64,000 nt of DNA, taken from contig CAVQRT010000030.1 in assembly GCA_963715195.1 (NCBI GenBank), positions 32,001 through 96,000 of the forward strand. Direction: 5' to 3'. Numbering within the stretch: the stretch's first letter is position 1; each line of letters starts with the position of its first letter. Below are positions 20,125-29,491 of the stretch, piece after piece. The translations under genes and the position numbers were made by a program. The notes beneath the pieces were generated by a model. It was given only the letters and a program-made list of their open reading frames with translations, was not told the origin of the DNA and searched no databases. The DNA comes from Thermodesulfovibrionales bacterium (lineage in GTDB: Bacteria > Nitrospirota > Thermodesulfovibrionia > Thermodesulfovibrionales > SM23-35).

Positions 20125-20841
20125 CTACTTCCTCTGTTCTGCATCCCCTCGTTCAGGTTTTCCCTGAGACTTTTGGTGTTGTGATCCCCTCCGGTATTGC
20201 TGGCCCCGAGTTTGAGAATGCTGTTTTTGGGGTTGCTGCTGTCTCTGAGGTCTCTCAACCTGTGGTTGTTTTTGTTGCTTTTGTATCTGTTGCTGATGCC
20301 GCTGAACCTCATGCCTCTGTTGATATTGCTCTTGCCTTCGATGTCTCAGTTCCTGTCTCTGTTGGTATGGTCGAGGCCGATAGTTCTGGACGCCCCAGGT
20401 TCCATGCCTTTCCCAGTATCGATTATTTTGCCATCTCCCCCAGTTCTGCTGAAGTCGTCGGGTAGGAATCCGTTCATATTTCCACCGGTGTCCGTACCAA
20501 TTATGGTCTCTATAGTATCCTCTCCAACCTGGGGCAACATCAAAATAAAAACTTGGAACACGGTCATAATAAGCCCAACCCCGGTCATAATAATGTGAGC
20601 GATACCAACGACCTTCCCATAGACGCCACCACAAACCATACCAGAAAAACATGTCTACATCTATATCAGGAACAACGTACACATAGTTCGTATCAGGTAT
20701 CACTATTACATCCGGAGGTGCCTCAAATACGATGGGTGGTGGCAGAGAAATTCCAATACTTACATCTACCCTTGCCATTGTTGGAATAGGGACGACAATT
20801 GCCAACGCCAAGAGAATTATCCCTAAAAGAAACTTTTTCAT
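20125..20841 (-). CDS. Exported Trp/Tyr/Arg-rich protein with Gln-rich tail
   Basis: Signal peptide, VDVSIGISLPPP..APPDVIVIP, W/Y-rich repeats, GAGG SD. Confidence 0.75.
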   Translation of the reverse strand: MKKFLLGIILLALAIVVPIPTMARVDVSIGISLPPPIVFEAPPDVIVIPDTNYVYVVPDIDVDMFFWYGLWWRLWEGRWYRSHYYDRGWAYYDRVPSFYFDVAPGWRGYYRDHNWYGHRWKYERIPTRRLQQNWGRWQNNRYWERHGTWGVQNYRPRPYQQRQELRHRRQEQYQQRHEVQRHQQQIQKQQKQPQVERPQRQQQPQKQHSQTRGQQYRRGSQHQKSQGKPERGDAEQRK

Positions 20842-20957
20842 TTTGTTGCCTCTTTATTCCTACCTTATTGATTTCTATCTGTAATATAGCATCCCAGAGC
20901 AATTTCTAAAAATCATTCTTTCAGAAAGAAAAGCTTGCATCTCGTTTTCTCAATATT

Positions 20958-21020
20958 CCGTAACATAAAACTCACCGGCTGTCATGGAGCGCAGCGGTTC
21001 GGTGTAGCGCCTTGTTAGGG
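20958..21020 (-). repeat. Integron attC recombination site
   Basis: Minus strand CCCTAAC-6-CTACACCG...CGGTGAG-6-GTTACGG, 63 bp; stop codon of the upstream ORF lies inside R''. Confidence 0.7.
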
Positions 21021-21674
21021 GGATTTTGGCGCATCTGGCTTTATCGCAAAGACGTAAGCCCTTCGGCTGTCGTACTCCACTTCAGGGTATGGTTCTCTCT
21101 CGATTATCTCTATCTTTTCAAATCCACTGTCCTCGAGACAACTGAAAATGAAATCGGTAGTGAAAAACATAAAGTCTATATCGACTTTTTTACCGAGAAA
21201 CTCGTCTAAGTGAATTGTCTCCTCACCAATGTGGTATGTGAAAAGGAATATTCCACCAGGCTGTAATACACGAAATACTTCACGGAATGCTATCCTTACT
21301 TGTGCTTCTGTGAAGTGAACTATAGCGTAGAAAGCTACAACACCAGCTATTGAGACATTTTCAAATTCGAGCTTAAGAATATTTCCCTTTCTGAAGTGTA
21401 TCTCTGGATGAATTGTTCTTGCCTGTTCGAGTATTTTTTCCGATAGATCCAGTCCTGAGATTTCAATACCATGGTTTTTCAGGTATTTTGTAGTTTGACC
21501 GGGCCCACAGCCGAAATCCCAGACCGGCCTCCTATTCCCGATTTTTTGCGAAAATCTATCGAGTATTTCTTGGTCTTTCGGTTTCTTTTCGTGTTCATCA
21601 GTGAATGCTTCCGCATATTCTTTTGCAATTGTATCATACAGGTTCTCCACTTTATTTAATTGATATATCTCCAT
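21015..21674 (-). CDS. Class I SAM-dependent methyltransferase (cassette-like)
   Basis: DFGCGPG, GLDLS, AFYAIVH, RVLQPGG; start uncertain. Confidence 0.9.
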   Translation of the reverse strand: MEIYQLNKVENLYDTIAKEYAEAFTDEHEKKPKDQEILDRFSQKIGNRRPVWDFGCGPGQTTKYLKNHGIEISGLDLSEKILEQARTIHPEIHFRKGNILKLEFENVSIAGVVAFYAIVHFTEAQVRIAFREVFRVLQPGGIFLFTYHIGEETIHLDEFLGKKVDIDFMFFTTDFIFSCLEDSGFEKIEIIEREPYPEVEYDSRRAYVFAIKPDAPKSP

Positions 21675-21893
21675 AGATAAACCATGAGATGTATTCATAT
21701 TATAGGACAAAATAATCAGATCCAAAGAAGAGGTTATTAATTACTCTGGATGCAGCATGCCCTTTTTGTCAACACTAAGCACGAGTCATGACTGCTATCC
21801 TCGAAGTGACAAAAGATATCTTTTATGGATTGCATCGTATGTTTATATTTGGAAAACGATTGTTCTTTAAATATAAACGAAGAGTAAATTTTA

Positions 21894-21922
21894 TTGACAT
21901 ATTATATTTAATCACATATTAT
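21894..21922 (+). promoter_or_regulatory. sigma70 promoter for the 27-aa basic peptide
   Basis: TTGACA-17nt-TATTAT. Confidence 0.7.
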
Positions 21923-21979
21923 TTTCTTAGTGTTGGTTGTTTTGTCTATCAAGAACAAGAAAGGGAGGTGAAAGAGTTC

Positions 21980-22063
21980 ATGCCGGTAAAGAAAAAAGCC
22001 ACAAAGAAAAAAGTTGCTGCGAAAAAGACTGTAAAAAAGAAGACCGCAAAAAAGAAGAAATAA
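21980..22063 (+). CDS. 27-aa histone-like basic peptide
   Basis: GGAGGTG SD; MPVKKKATKKKVAAKKTVKKKTAKKKK; own promoter and terminator. Confidence 0.7.
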   Translation: MPVKKKATKKKVAAKKTVKKKTAKKKK

Positions 22064-22093
22064 GTTTCCCTCAACAGATGTTTTTTTTATTTC

Positions 22094-22123
22094 GGCTGGG
22101 GATGATCTCTCCAGCCTTTTTTT
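22094..22123 (+). terminator. Rho-independent terminator
   Basis: GGCTGGGGA...TCTCCAGCC plus T7. Confidence 0.8.
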
Positions 22124-22331
22124 ATGGTCTTCTCTTCTTGCGGTCTTTAACTATTATGAAACTCCATTCCTGAGAAAATATCAAGATAATTTTGCAACCA
22201 TCTGTTAAATAACGATTAATTCCACATTAATAAATAGTGATCGTTTTGCGCTATGGTCTTCACCGATTAGATGGGTCATATGATTGCCACTTACGGGAGG
22301 TGTAATGAAAAGGATTAGAACGCGAACGTGA

Positions 22332-22616
22332 TTAATGATAGCTTCTGATAATGCTTTCTTTGCTGCCGACAGATAAGTTATAAACCCAACCAAAGACTAA
22401 TCCACAAAAAGCTCCGTCTACAAGAGCATACAATGTAGCTATAATAATGTCTCCGAGAGAACGTGCTGCGTTATATCCAGGATAGAGAGAAGCAATTATC
22501 TGGAGAAATGCATTACCATAGCTTGGCCAGATGAGATTCGCCAACCCTGTTGTCATTACTGCAAAAGCCCAGAGAACGCCTGCAGCGAAAGCTATAGCTC
22601 TTAAATTTAATTTCAT
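22332..22616 (-). CDS. Small membrane protein (holin-like family)
   Basis: SLYPGY..G..YALVDG..G..F.W.YN pattern, 2-3 TM segments, AGGAG SD. Confidence 0.65.
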   Translation of the reverse strand: MKLNLRAIAFAAGVLWAFAVMTTGLANLIWPSYGNAFLQIIASLYPGYNAARSLGDIIIATLYALVDGAFCGLVFGWVYNLSVGSKESIIRSYH

Positions 22617-22792
22617 CTTTTTCTCCTTTTCATTAATCGAGAAATTTTAGATTGGAATATACCCCATTGACTCAACATTTGATATTTTTAATTTCGGGAG
22701 AAGAACTCAACAATGGCAAGAAATCTTTTCTCTAACGATTGCATCCACTGATGTTCAATATTTCTCCTATATTTTTTCCCGAACAAAAATCT

Positions 22793-23326
22793 CTAAACGA
22801 GTTTGCCGACACCGCCCGCAATAGAGAACAACAGTGCAAGTATTACCAGTTGTATGATCCAACCGATCAAACAAACCCCAATAGCACGAAATGTGCTTTT
22901 ATAATCAAGAGCTTGTCTGACTGCTATGACCATTGCTACCATCATCCAAATTGAAGCAACAAAGAAAACTATTCCCATAAGCCCGGGTATGATACCCAAT
23001 AGTCTTATGAAACCAGGGGAACTCGAAAAACCGATAGTACGTAATAACTCGGTAGGATGTGATTTGGTCTGGGGTTCAGGCAGAATTTTTGTTCCAATAA
23101 AGTAAGTGAGGTAGGCCCACACTACCCACCCGGCAAGTGCTCCAATTGTACCCATCAAAATACCACTGGGTCCTGCTTGTGAAATACTCCCTATGCCTGC
23201 CGCTATGCTTGAAAGTACTACGACACCCATAGCCTGACCCAATGCTCCTGTATCAGCCTCAACTTCTTCATATAGATGAACATCTAATTTAGAAGCTCTG
23301 ATAATACGATTCATCATGTTAGACAT
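22793..23326 (-). CDS. YIP1-family membrane protein
   Basis: YEEVEAD, LLRTIGFSSSPG and AVRQALD motifs. Confidence 0.75.
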   Translation of the reverse strand: MSNMMNRIIRASKLDVHLYEEVEADTGALGQAMGVVVLSSIAAGIGSISQAGPSGILMGTIGALAGWVVWAYLTYFIGTKILPEPQTKSHPTELLRTIGFSSSPGFIRLLGIIPGLMGIVFFVASIWMMVAMVIAVRQALDYKSTFRAIGVCLIGWIIQLVILALLFSIAGGVGKLV

Positions 23327-23462
23327 TTGCTCCACCTCCATTCATACAAATATCGATAACCATTTATAACCTACACAATTATATCAGAATTAAATTCTTT
23401 GGCTTTCAGGAAAAAATCGATCCGTCATCAGAGACTTCATGGAGCATCAATATGCAATAGAA

Positions 23463-23568
23463 TTACTAAGGGGGTCATAAGTAAGAATACGTAGGCGTTC
23501 TCAAAAAGCCTTTTAATAAGCCATGTTATGAGAATCACAGGTGTTTTTACAAATGACCTTATTAGTAA
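23463..23568 (+). ncRNA. Candidate structured element, copy 1
   Basis: Long imperfect hairpin TTACTAAGGGGGTCAT...ATGACCTTATTAGTAA, repeated at 27234. Confidence 0.45.
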
Positions 23569-23617
23569 ATATTGACAAAGTACCTGTTCTTCCCGCAATC
23601 TACACCAACTTGAAAAG

Positions 23618-23896
23618 GTGAATGAGATGATTGAGAAGAGAAAGTTCGAAAGAAACAACCTCATCAAAATAGTCCATTATTCTCCTTCAACTCATACCAC
23701 TGATGCAGTTTTAAATGGTGTAACGCAGAACTTTAGCTATTCGGGACTGTGTTTTATAACCCGTCATGCTGTTGAAAGAAGGCAAGAAATACTTCTTAAA
23801 AGTCGTATTGTGCCTAATGCAAAAACGGCTGTCGTCAGATGGCACAAAGACATAGGTAATGGTAACTATAAGGTAGGATTAGAAATTAGGAGATAA
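23618..23896 (+). CDS. Single-domain PilZ protein
   Basis: EKRKFER (RxxxR) and NFSYSG (D/NxSxxG), VVRW..VGL. Confidence 0.85.
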   Translation: MNEMIEKRKFERNNLIKIVHYSPSTHTTDAVLNGVTQNFSYSGLCFITRHAVERRQEILLKSRIVPNAKTAVVRWHKDIGNGNYKVGLEIRR

Positions 23897-24011
23897 ATCC
23901 TGCGGCATTCAGGAAGGAGCTATCCTCTTGTAGTACTCATATTATTTGTGCCCCTCGCGGTTGAATCCCGCTCCCTATAACAACTTATTGCTCATTCGAT
24001 TAATAAAGGTA

Positions 24012-24197
24012 TCATTTACGGGATTCTCTCCAAAGCATAAATGCAAGTCCTGCCATAAATAGGAAACCAGGCACGCTTATCCATTGGGGGATAATCATAC
24101 CGTTTATACTAACCTCCCAACCAAAATACAACCGAAGAAGGTGTATGAACGCAATAACCAAGAAAACGATGATCCCGATAGAGGTAAAAGGTTTCAC
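24012..24197 (-). CDS. Small two-TM membrane protein
   Basis: HLLRL..GW.V..G..IP.W.S pattern. Confidence 0.65.
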   Translation of the reverse strand: MKPFTSIGIIVFLVIAFIHLLRLYFGWEVSINGMIIPQWISVPGFLFMAGLAFMLWRESRK

Positions 24198-24374
24198 TAT
24201 TTTTTTCTTATTTTTCCCCTAATGTTTTGTACATTCTCTATTGATTGCCAGCAGTACTAAATTCAATTATATCAGGTTTAAAAGGGGAGGAGGAAGGAAG
24301 GGATAGACGGAGATTATGGGGTTCATTGCAGAGCTTTCTTTGACTCTCGTGACATTTAGGATACAATAAATACG

Positions 24375-24755
24375 ATGAAGAGACCAAAAGGATTCAATCG
24401 GTTTGTAAATCTTGCAGGCTCTTATATAAAAGACCCTCAGAAGCGTTCATACATGCTTGCAGCGGTGAAAGACTATGCAAAGACCAAAAAGCATTTTATA
24501 CAACACTTTAAAGATGATCTCCAAACGTTGATTTACCTTTTCCGAGACTGGAGCAAGGGCACATATACAAGTGTCCCTGCACCTACGATACTGCTTGTAG
24601 TTGCAGCTCTTCTCTACTTCCTTTCACCACTTGATGCCATACCTGATTTTTTGGGGGCTGTGGGATTCACTGATGATGCAGCAGTTGTTCTGTTTGTGCT
24701 TAGTGCGATAAAAAACGAGATAAGCCATTACAGGGATTGGCGATCAAAAAAATAA
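24375..24755 (+). CDS. YkvA/DUF1232 family protein
   Basis: LLYFLSPLDAIPDF..GFTDDAAV. Confidence 0.9.
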   Translation: MKRPKGFNRFVNLAGSYIKDPQKRSYMLAAVKDYAKTKKHFIQHFKDDLQTLIYLFRDWSKGTYTSVPAPTILLVVAALLYFLSPLDAIPDFLGAVGFTDDAAVVLFVLSAIKNEISHYRDWRSKK

Positions 24756-24895
24756 GATATTAGCAGGACATTTTTCTCTTAACAAAAGAAATAAAGCATA
24801 GCATTAACATGACCAGTTCGATATTTGGTTGCGCATTATAAAACTGCTAATTACAAAAATAGAACTGAAAAACAAAAAACAGACTATTTTCCGGT

Positions 24896-25636
24896 TCAAT
24901 AAATGACCTTAACCAGAAATAAGGCATGAGGAGGAGCTGTAAAGCCGGCCGCTGAGCGTTTTTCCTTTTCAAACAATTCTTTAATTTCTGAAACAGAAAG
25001 CTCTCCTAAACCAACTTGAATAATCGTCCCGGTAATCACTCTGACCATTCTATGAAGAAAACCATCTCCAGAGAAATTGATAGTGATTTCACTTTCTTTT
25101 TTAAGAATTTCAATCTTTGAGAGTGTCCTAACGGTCGATTTGTTCTTTGACTTCAAGGCCGTAAAACTCCGAAAGTCTTTGGTTCCAACAAACAAATCTG
25201 CAGCCTGTTTCATTTTTTCAATATTCAAAGGTTTTTTTATGTGATAATAATAACCCCTGTTGAAAATATTTTTTTTAAAAGGATGGTTCCAAATCCGGTA
25301 TAAGTACTCTTTTCCTTTTGAATTTAGCCTTGAATGGAAACGTTCAGGCATTTCCTGGATGTCCAGGAGATTAATATCATCTGGAAAGTATTTATGAAGA
25401 TAGTCCTCTATTTCGGAAAGTCCCTTTTGACTTTGAGTATGAAAATTTGCAACTTGACCAAGGGCATGAACTCCGGTGTCTGTGCGGCCTGCTCCATGAA
25501 GCTCAATTTTTTCTCCTGTCATCAGTTGCAACACATGCTCAATTCTTCCCTGAACCGTGCTTTTAATAGTCCTCTGGCGCTGCCATCCTTTATAACGGCT
25601 ACCATCGTATTCCAAAATAAGTTTAATGTTACGCAT
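24896..25636 (-). CDS. truA: tRNA pseudouridine(38-40) synthase
   Basis: EYDGS.Y.GWQRQ, GRTDTGVHA, GFLHRMVR. Confidence 0.95.
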   Translation of the reverse strand: MRNIKLILEYDGSRYKGWQRQRTIKSTVQGRIEHVLQLMTGEKIELHGAGRTDTGVHALGQVANFHTQSQKGLSEIEDYLHKYFPDDINLLDIQEMPERFHSRLNSKGKEYLYRIWNHPFKKNIFNRGYYYHIKKPLNIEKMKQAADLFVGTKDFRSFTALKSKNKSTVRTLSKIEILKKESEITINFSGDGFLHRMVRVITGTIIQVGLGELSVSEIKELFEKEKRSAAGFTAPPHALFLVKVIY

Positions 25637-25918
25637 AAAATTCTTCCAACCAGTAATTAGACCGTTAATGGAACTAACAACGGAATCCCAGGTTAGGCAG
25701 TCAGTTATTGGACGAAAACCGCCCCAATAATATCGGAATTTGTATATTAGTCAGACAATACTGGACATTCCCCATGATTGATTACCCGGAAATAACTTAC
25801 ACTGTTTTGAAGTTTTTGAAAAGTGCGGTTGTACAGGAAGAACATAACCTGCGGTGACAACCGGTGCAGGGGTAGCTACGTGTGTCATAAAATATTTCGA
25901 CAATAGCAAAATATAAGA

Positions 25919-26965
25919 CTATTTTTGATAAATGTGCAGGTCTCTCTGTGGGAAAGGGATTGTTATGCCAAAATCACCAAATTTTTTATAGATTGCACTA
26001 TTTAATTCATGTACTACGCGACCCCTTAATGCAGGTTTTCTTACCCAACAAAGCAGTTCGAAATTCAGAGCAGAATCACCAAATTCCCTGAACCTCACCC
26101 TCGGATCAGGTTCAGGAAGAATATTTTCATTTGCAGAAGCGATCTCAAGTAATATCTTTTCTACTAAATCTATGTCACTCCCGTAAGCAACTGAAATGGC
26201 TATTCTAACTCTGAAATTAGGGATTGGGGCACTTTCATTGATTATTTTTGAATTTGCAATAACTGAATTGGGAATTGTAATCAATACGTCATCTCTTGTC
26301 ATAATTCGTGTGCTTCTCACCCCTATCGCAGCTACCTCGCCTCTTTCTCCCCCTTCAATAATAATGTAATCTCCAATTTTATAAGGTCGATCCATAAAAA
26401 TACTTATGCCACCAAAAAAATTAGATAACGTGTCCTTTGCGGCTATTGCAATGGCGACACCAACTATCCCAGCGGATGCTAAAAGAGGTGTTACATTAAT
26501 CTTCCATATGGATAATACAATCATTAATGTACCTCCAATCAGCCCTATCTTAAAGACATTCTCGATCAAAGGAATAATGTCTTTTCTTAATCCTGTGACA
26601 TCAGAGGCCTTATAGAGAACGTTTCCTATGATAATATTGCCTATTTTTATCGTTGTAATTGTCCAAATGATAGCTATTATCGAATAGAGCGTATTATTCA
26701 CATAAAAAATAATTTCTGGTGAGGCTTCCAGATATGCAATGACAAGAGTACATCCGATCAATATAATTGTTAAATATATTGGTCTGTGAATTGCATCGAT
26801 TATCAGGTCATCAACATCGCTTTTTGTAAACCTTGCAAATTTCCTGAAAACTTTATCCACCAAGATGTCAATAAATTTGGCAAAAACAATCAATATGAGG
26901 ACAAAAAGAATTGCATTAATATAAGGCGAAGCTGAAATCTTAAGGGTTTCTATCAGTCTTGTCAT
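25919..26965 (-). CDS. Small-conductance mechanosensitive channel (MscS family)
   Basis: AAKDTLSNFFGG, DRPYKIGD, IPNS, IPFPQR. Confidence 0.92.
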   Translation of the reverse strand: MTRLIETLKISASPYINAILFVLILIVFAKFIDILVDKVFRKFARFTKSDVDDLIIDAIHRPIYLTIILIGCTLVIAYLEASPEIIFYVNNTLYSIIAIIWTITTIKIGNIIIGNVLYKASDVTGLRKDIIPLIENVFKIGLIGGTLMIVLSIWKINVTPLLASAGIVGVAIAIAAKDTLSNFFGGISIFMDRPYKIGDYIIIEGGERGEVAAIGVRSTRIMTRDDVLITIPNSVIANSKIINESAPIPNFRVRIAISVAYGSDIDLVEKILLEIASANENILPEPDPRVRFREFGDSALNFELLCWVRKPALRGRVVHELNSAIYKKFGDFGITIPFPQRDLHIYQK

Positions 26966-27233
26966 ATTTTCTATTAGCTATAAGCTGTAATCTGAATCAG
27001 TATAACAGATTTTCTCAATCAGACTTCAGGACTGAGTTCACGCTGATGATCGGAAGCATTCAGTTGTGAGTTATTTGCTGCAATCAACAAAAGCAGAACC
27101 TTTTGGAAATGCGGCCTCCTTCTATATGGATTGTCGTGTTCGATCGATTGTTCAATACAAGAGAACTTTAAGAAGCAAGATCTGGATATGGGTATGATTC
27201 ATAATGGTAGACAGAAATATCAATTCATGGACT

Positions 27234-27343
27234 TTACTAAGGAGGTCATAAGTTAGGGCATATAGGCGTTCTTATAAAGCCCTTTCTTTAATAAGCCATT
27301 TCATGAGCATCATGGGTGTTTTTACAAATGACCTTATTAGTAT
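27234..27343 (+). ncRNA. Candidate structured element, copy 2
   Basis: Diverged copy of 23463-23568. Confidence 0.45.
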
Positions 27344-27346
27344 ATT

Positions 27347-27432
27347 GTATGTTTATAATTGCGAAACAATTGTTCTCTAAATGTAAACGAAGAGTAATTT
27401 TTATTGACATATAATATTTATTACCCTATTAT
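27347..27432 (+). repeat. Ungapped duplicate of 21837-21922 (palindrome plus TTGACA-17-TATTAT promoter)
   Basis: Same offset (5510 bp) over about 86 bp. Confidence 0.75.
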
Positions 27433-27491
27433 TGGTTGTTAAAATAAATGATCGGTCTTTCCCTGATATCTAATCTTGATTGGTTATAACA

Positions 27492-27848
27492 TCATGCAGC
27501 ATTTAATTCTTTCCTCAACCAATCCTTAAGTTCGCCATCCGGTGCATAGACACCTTTAAAATTACATACTGGCTTTTCAAATCTCTCAGGCAATTCGAAT
27601 TTAGCCAGATCTACTGCTTCTTCATGGCTCATTTTGATGAGATAAATATAGTACGGTTTAGACCAGCAGTTAACGACAAAATAGACTGAATAATCCTTTT
27701 TCGACTGCACTACATTTCTTTTATTCTCCCCACGAGACCAGATGTTCCCCCACTCCAAATACATTCGCACAGCCAGTTCCGGTGTCATGTCCCAAGCAAT
27801 GGAATTAATAAGCTCTCTTTCTTTTTTCAATTCTTCGAGTGTTAACAC
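27492..27848 (-). CDS. DVU0772-like protein (sulfate-reducer-associated hypothetical)
   Basis: I.WDMTPE.AV.MYLEWGN, YFVVNCW and KGVYA motifs; GTG start behind AGGAG. Confidence 0.7.
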   Translation of the reverse strand: MLTLEELKKERELINSIAWDMTPELAVRMYLEWGNIWSRGENKRNVVQSKKDYSVYFVVNCWSKPYYIYLIKMSHEEAVDLAKFELPERFEKPVCNFKGVYAPDGELKDWLRKELNAA

Positions 27849-28176
27849 AATATATCTCCTTTCAGATGTTTCTTGCATTTACCGTTTATATATTAACGTT
27901 AAATAATATTTTGTGCTACAGTGTACATTGGACTGTATAAAAAAATATTTTCTCTGATTGCGAAAATCAAAGATGCAATAGTGTGCTAGCGCATTTTGCC
28001 TTAAAGAGGAATAATTTATCTTCTCGATTACCAGTTATTAATCTGCAAAATTAGTCTGCGTATGAAAGGTTTCACCTACAGGGAGAAGGATCAATTTCGA
28101 GTGAATGATAATATGGGATGTCTCATAAGGGTTATTATGGGCGAATTTTCGGATAGTTTTGAGATTTGTATCTGTT

Positions 28177-28416
28177 TTAAAGGTTACATTTTGCAGCAAA
28201 CCTTCCGGCATATTCGTAAAGACCTTCTCTCATAAATTTATCGTATATTGATTCTATTGTTTCCTTATGTTTTATAAGCTCAAATTCATCCACTAATGTG
28301 AGTATTTTTTCAAATGTCTTCTTCCATATCTGTTCTTCAGTCCCACCCCGTAATTCAGTTATTAATTTTTCTATTTCCTTCACTATAGCTATTTGCGCCT
28401 TCGTTAGTTCTCCCAT
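28177..28416 (-). CDS. Hypothetical helical protein
   Basis: GGAGG SD, 79-aa ORF. Confidence 0.5.
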   Translation of the reverse strand: MGELTKAQIAIVKEIEKLITELRGGTEEQIWKKTFEKILTLVDEFELIKHKETIESIYDKFMREGLYEYAGRFAAKCNL

Positions 28417-28651
28417 ATTTCCGAGCCTCCTTCCTACCCTACATAATTCTGTCGAGAGTTCTCATCTCACATTGATTGCTGGATATAATCTACACTATTT
28501 TTGGGTTTCTTTGAAATGAGGGAGGATTGAATGAGCAGGATTGGCCAACGAATAGTAAACCCTGGGATAGAAGGGAATTTTCTCAAAGGTGTTCCTTATC
28601 AAGAAAATAGCATTATTCGATTTTACTATGTATTGTAAATCGCGAGCAGGT

Positions 28652-29374
28652 TTACTTAGCATGTTCCCGAGGTGTTTTGTGTGAAAGTTCATCCATCAAC
28701 TCTATCTGGATTTGCTGGATTTCCATAAGCCTTTGCCACTGATTCATGAGAAGATGATCTATTTTCTCGTGTAAATTACGAATTTCCAATTCTGCTTTAA
28801 GATTTATACGATAATCCTGTTCTGCATGCAAGCGGTCCCTCGCCTCTTGGCGATTTTGACTCATCATAATAATAGGGGCTTGAATGGCAGCAAGACATGA
28901 AAGGATCAAGTTTAGAAAAATGAAAGGGTACGGATCAAATGGCTTCCAGATTATTAGGGCGGAGTTGATGACAATCCACAGAAATAGTACTCCGCAGAAG
29001 ATGCTAATAAAACGCCAGCTGCCACCAAAGTCAGCAAGTTTGTCGGCCATCCGTTCCCCTAATGTGCGTTGCTGGTCGTACTCAATATTAATGTTCTTAG
29101 ACAAGAGTTCTTGCTCCGTTAGGCTTCTTACAACTTGTTCTTCTAAAGCTGAAAGTTCACCCTTGTCTGTTTTGATGACATCCTGGACATATTCTGTCCT
29201 GAAGCGATTAAGGTCAGGAATACAAATATAACCTTTTGAGGACCAGTCGGGAATTATCGCCTTTATTCTCTCAACAATAGGTTCTCGGATCATTTCTGCT
29301 GACAGTACATCACTGATTTTCTTTTGCCCTTTGCAAACTTGACAAAGAACCGTCTCTTGCTGTCGTCCGGTCAT
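28652..29374 (-). CDS. DUF1003 membrane protein
   Basis: FGGSW, FDPYPFIFLNL, QAPIIMMSQNRQ. Confidence 0.92.
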   Translation of the reverse strand: MTGRQQETVLCQVCKGQKKISDVLSAEMIREPIVERIKAIIPDWSSKGYICIPDLNRFRTEYVQDVIKTDKGELSALEEQVVRSLTEQELLSKNINIEYDQQRTLGERMADKLADFGGSWRFISIFCGVLFLWIVINSALIIWKPFDPYPFIFLNLILSCLAAIQAPIIMMSQNRQEARDRLHAEQDYRINLKAELEIRNLHEKIDHLLMNQWQRLMEIQQIQIELMDELSHKTPREHAK

Positions 29375-29491
29375 TTTGTTTTCACCTCCCACACATTCAT
29401 CTAAGTTTACACGACGGTTAACTTATTCATAAATTTATAGTATTTTACACTGTGCTTCATAGATGAATCCCTATTTATTATGAGAAATAAT

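Noticed and set aside
19995..20465. Long antisense ORFs (also 32377, 39342, 44490, 57567 and others)
   Set aside because: Shadows of well-supported genes on the opposite strand with no recognisable motifs
25644..25698. attC-like GCCTAAC...GTTGGAA upstream of truA
   Set aside because: Internal stem exists but L-box spacing is non-canonical and no ORF ends at the R'' box
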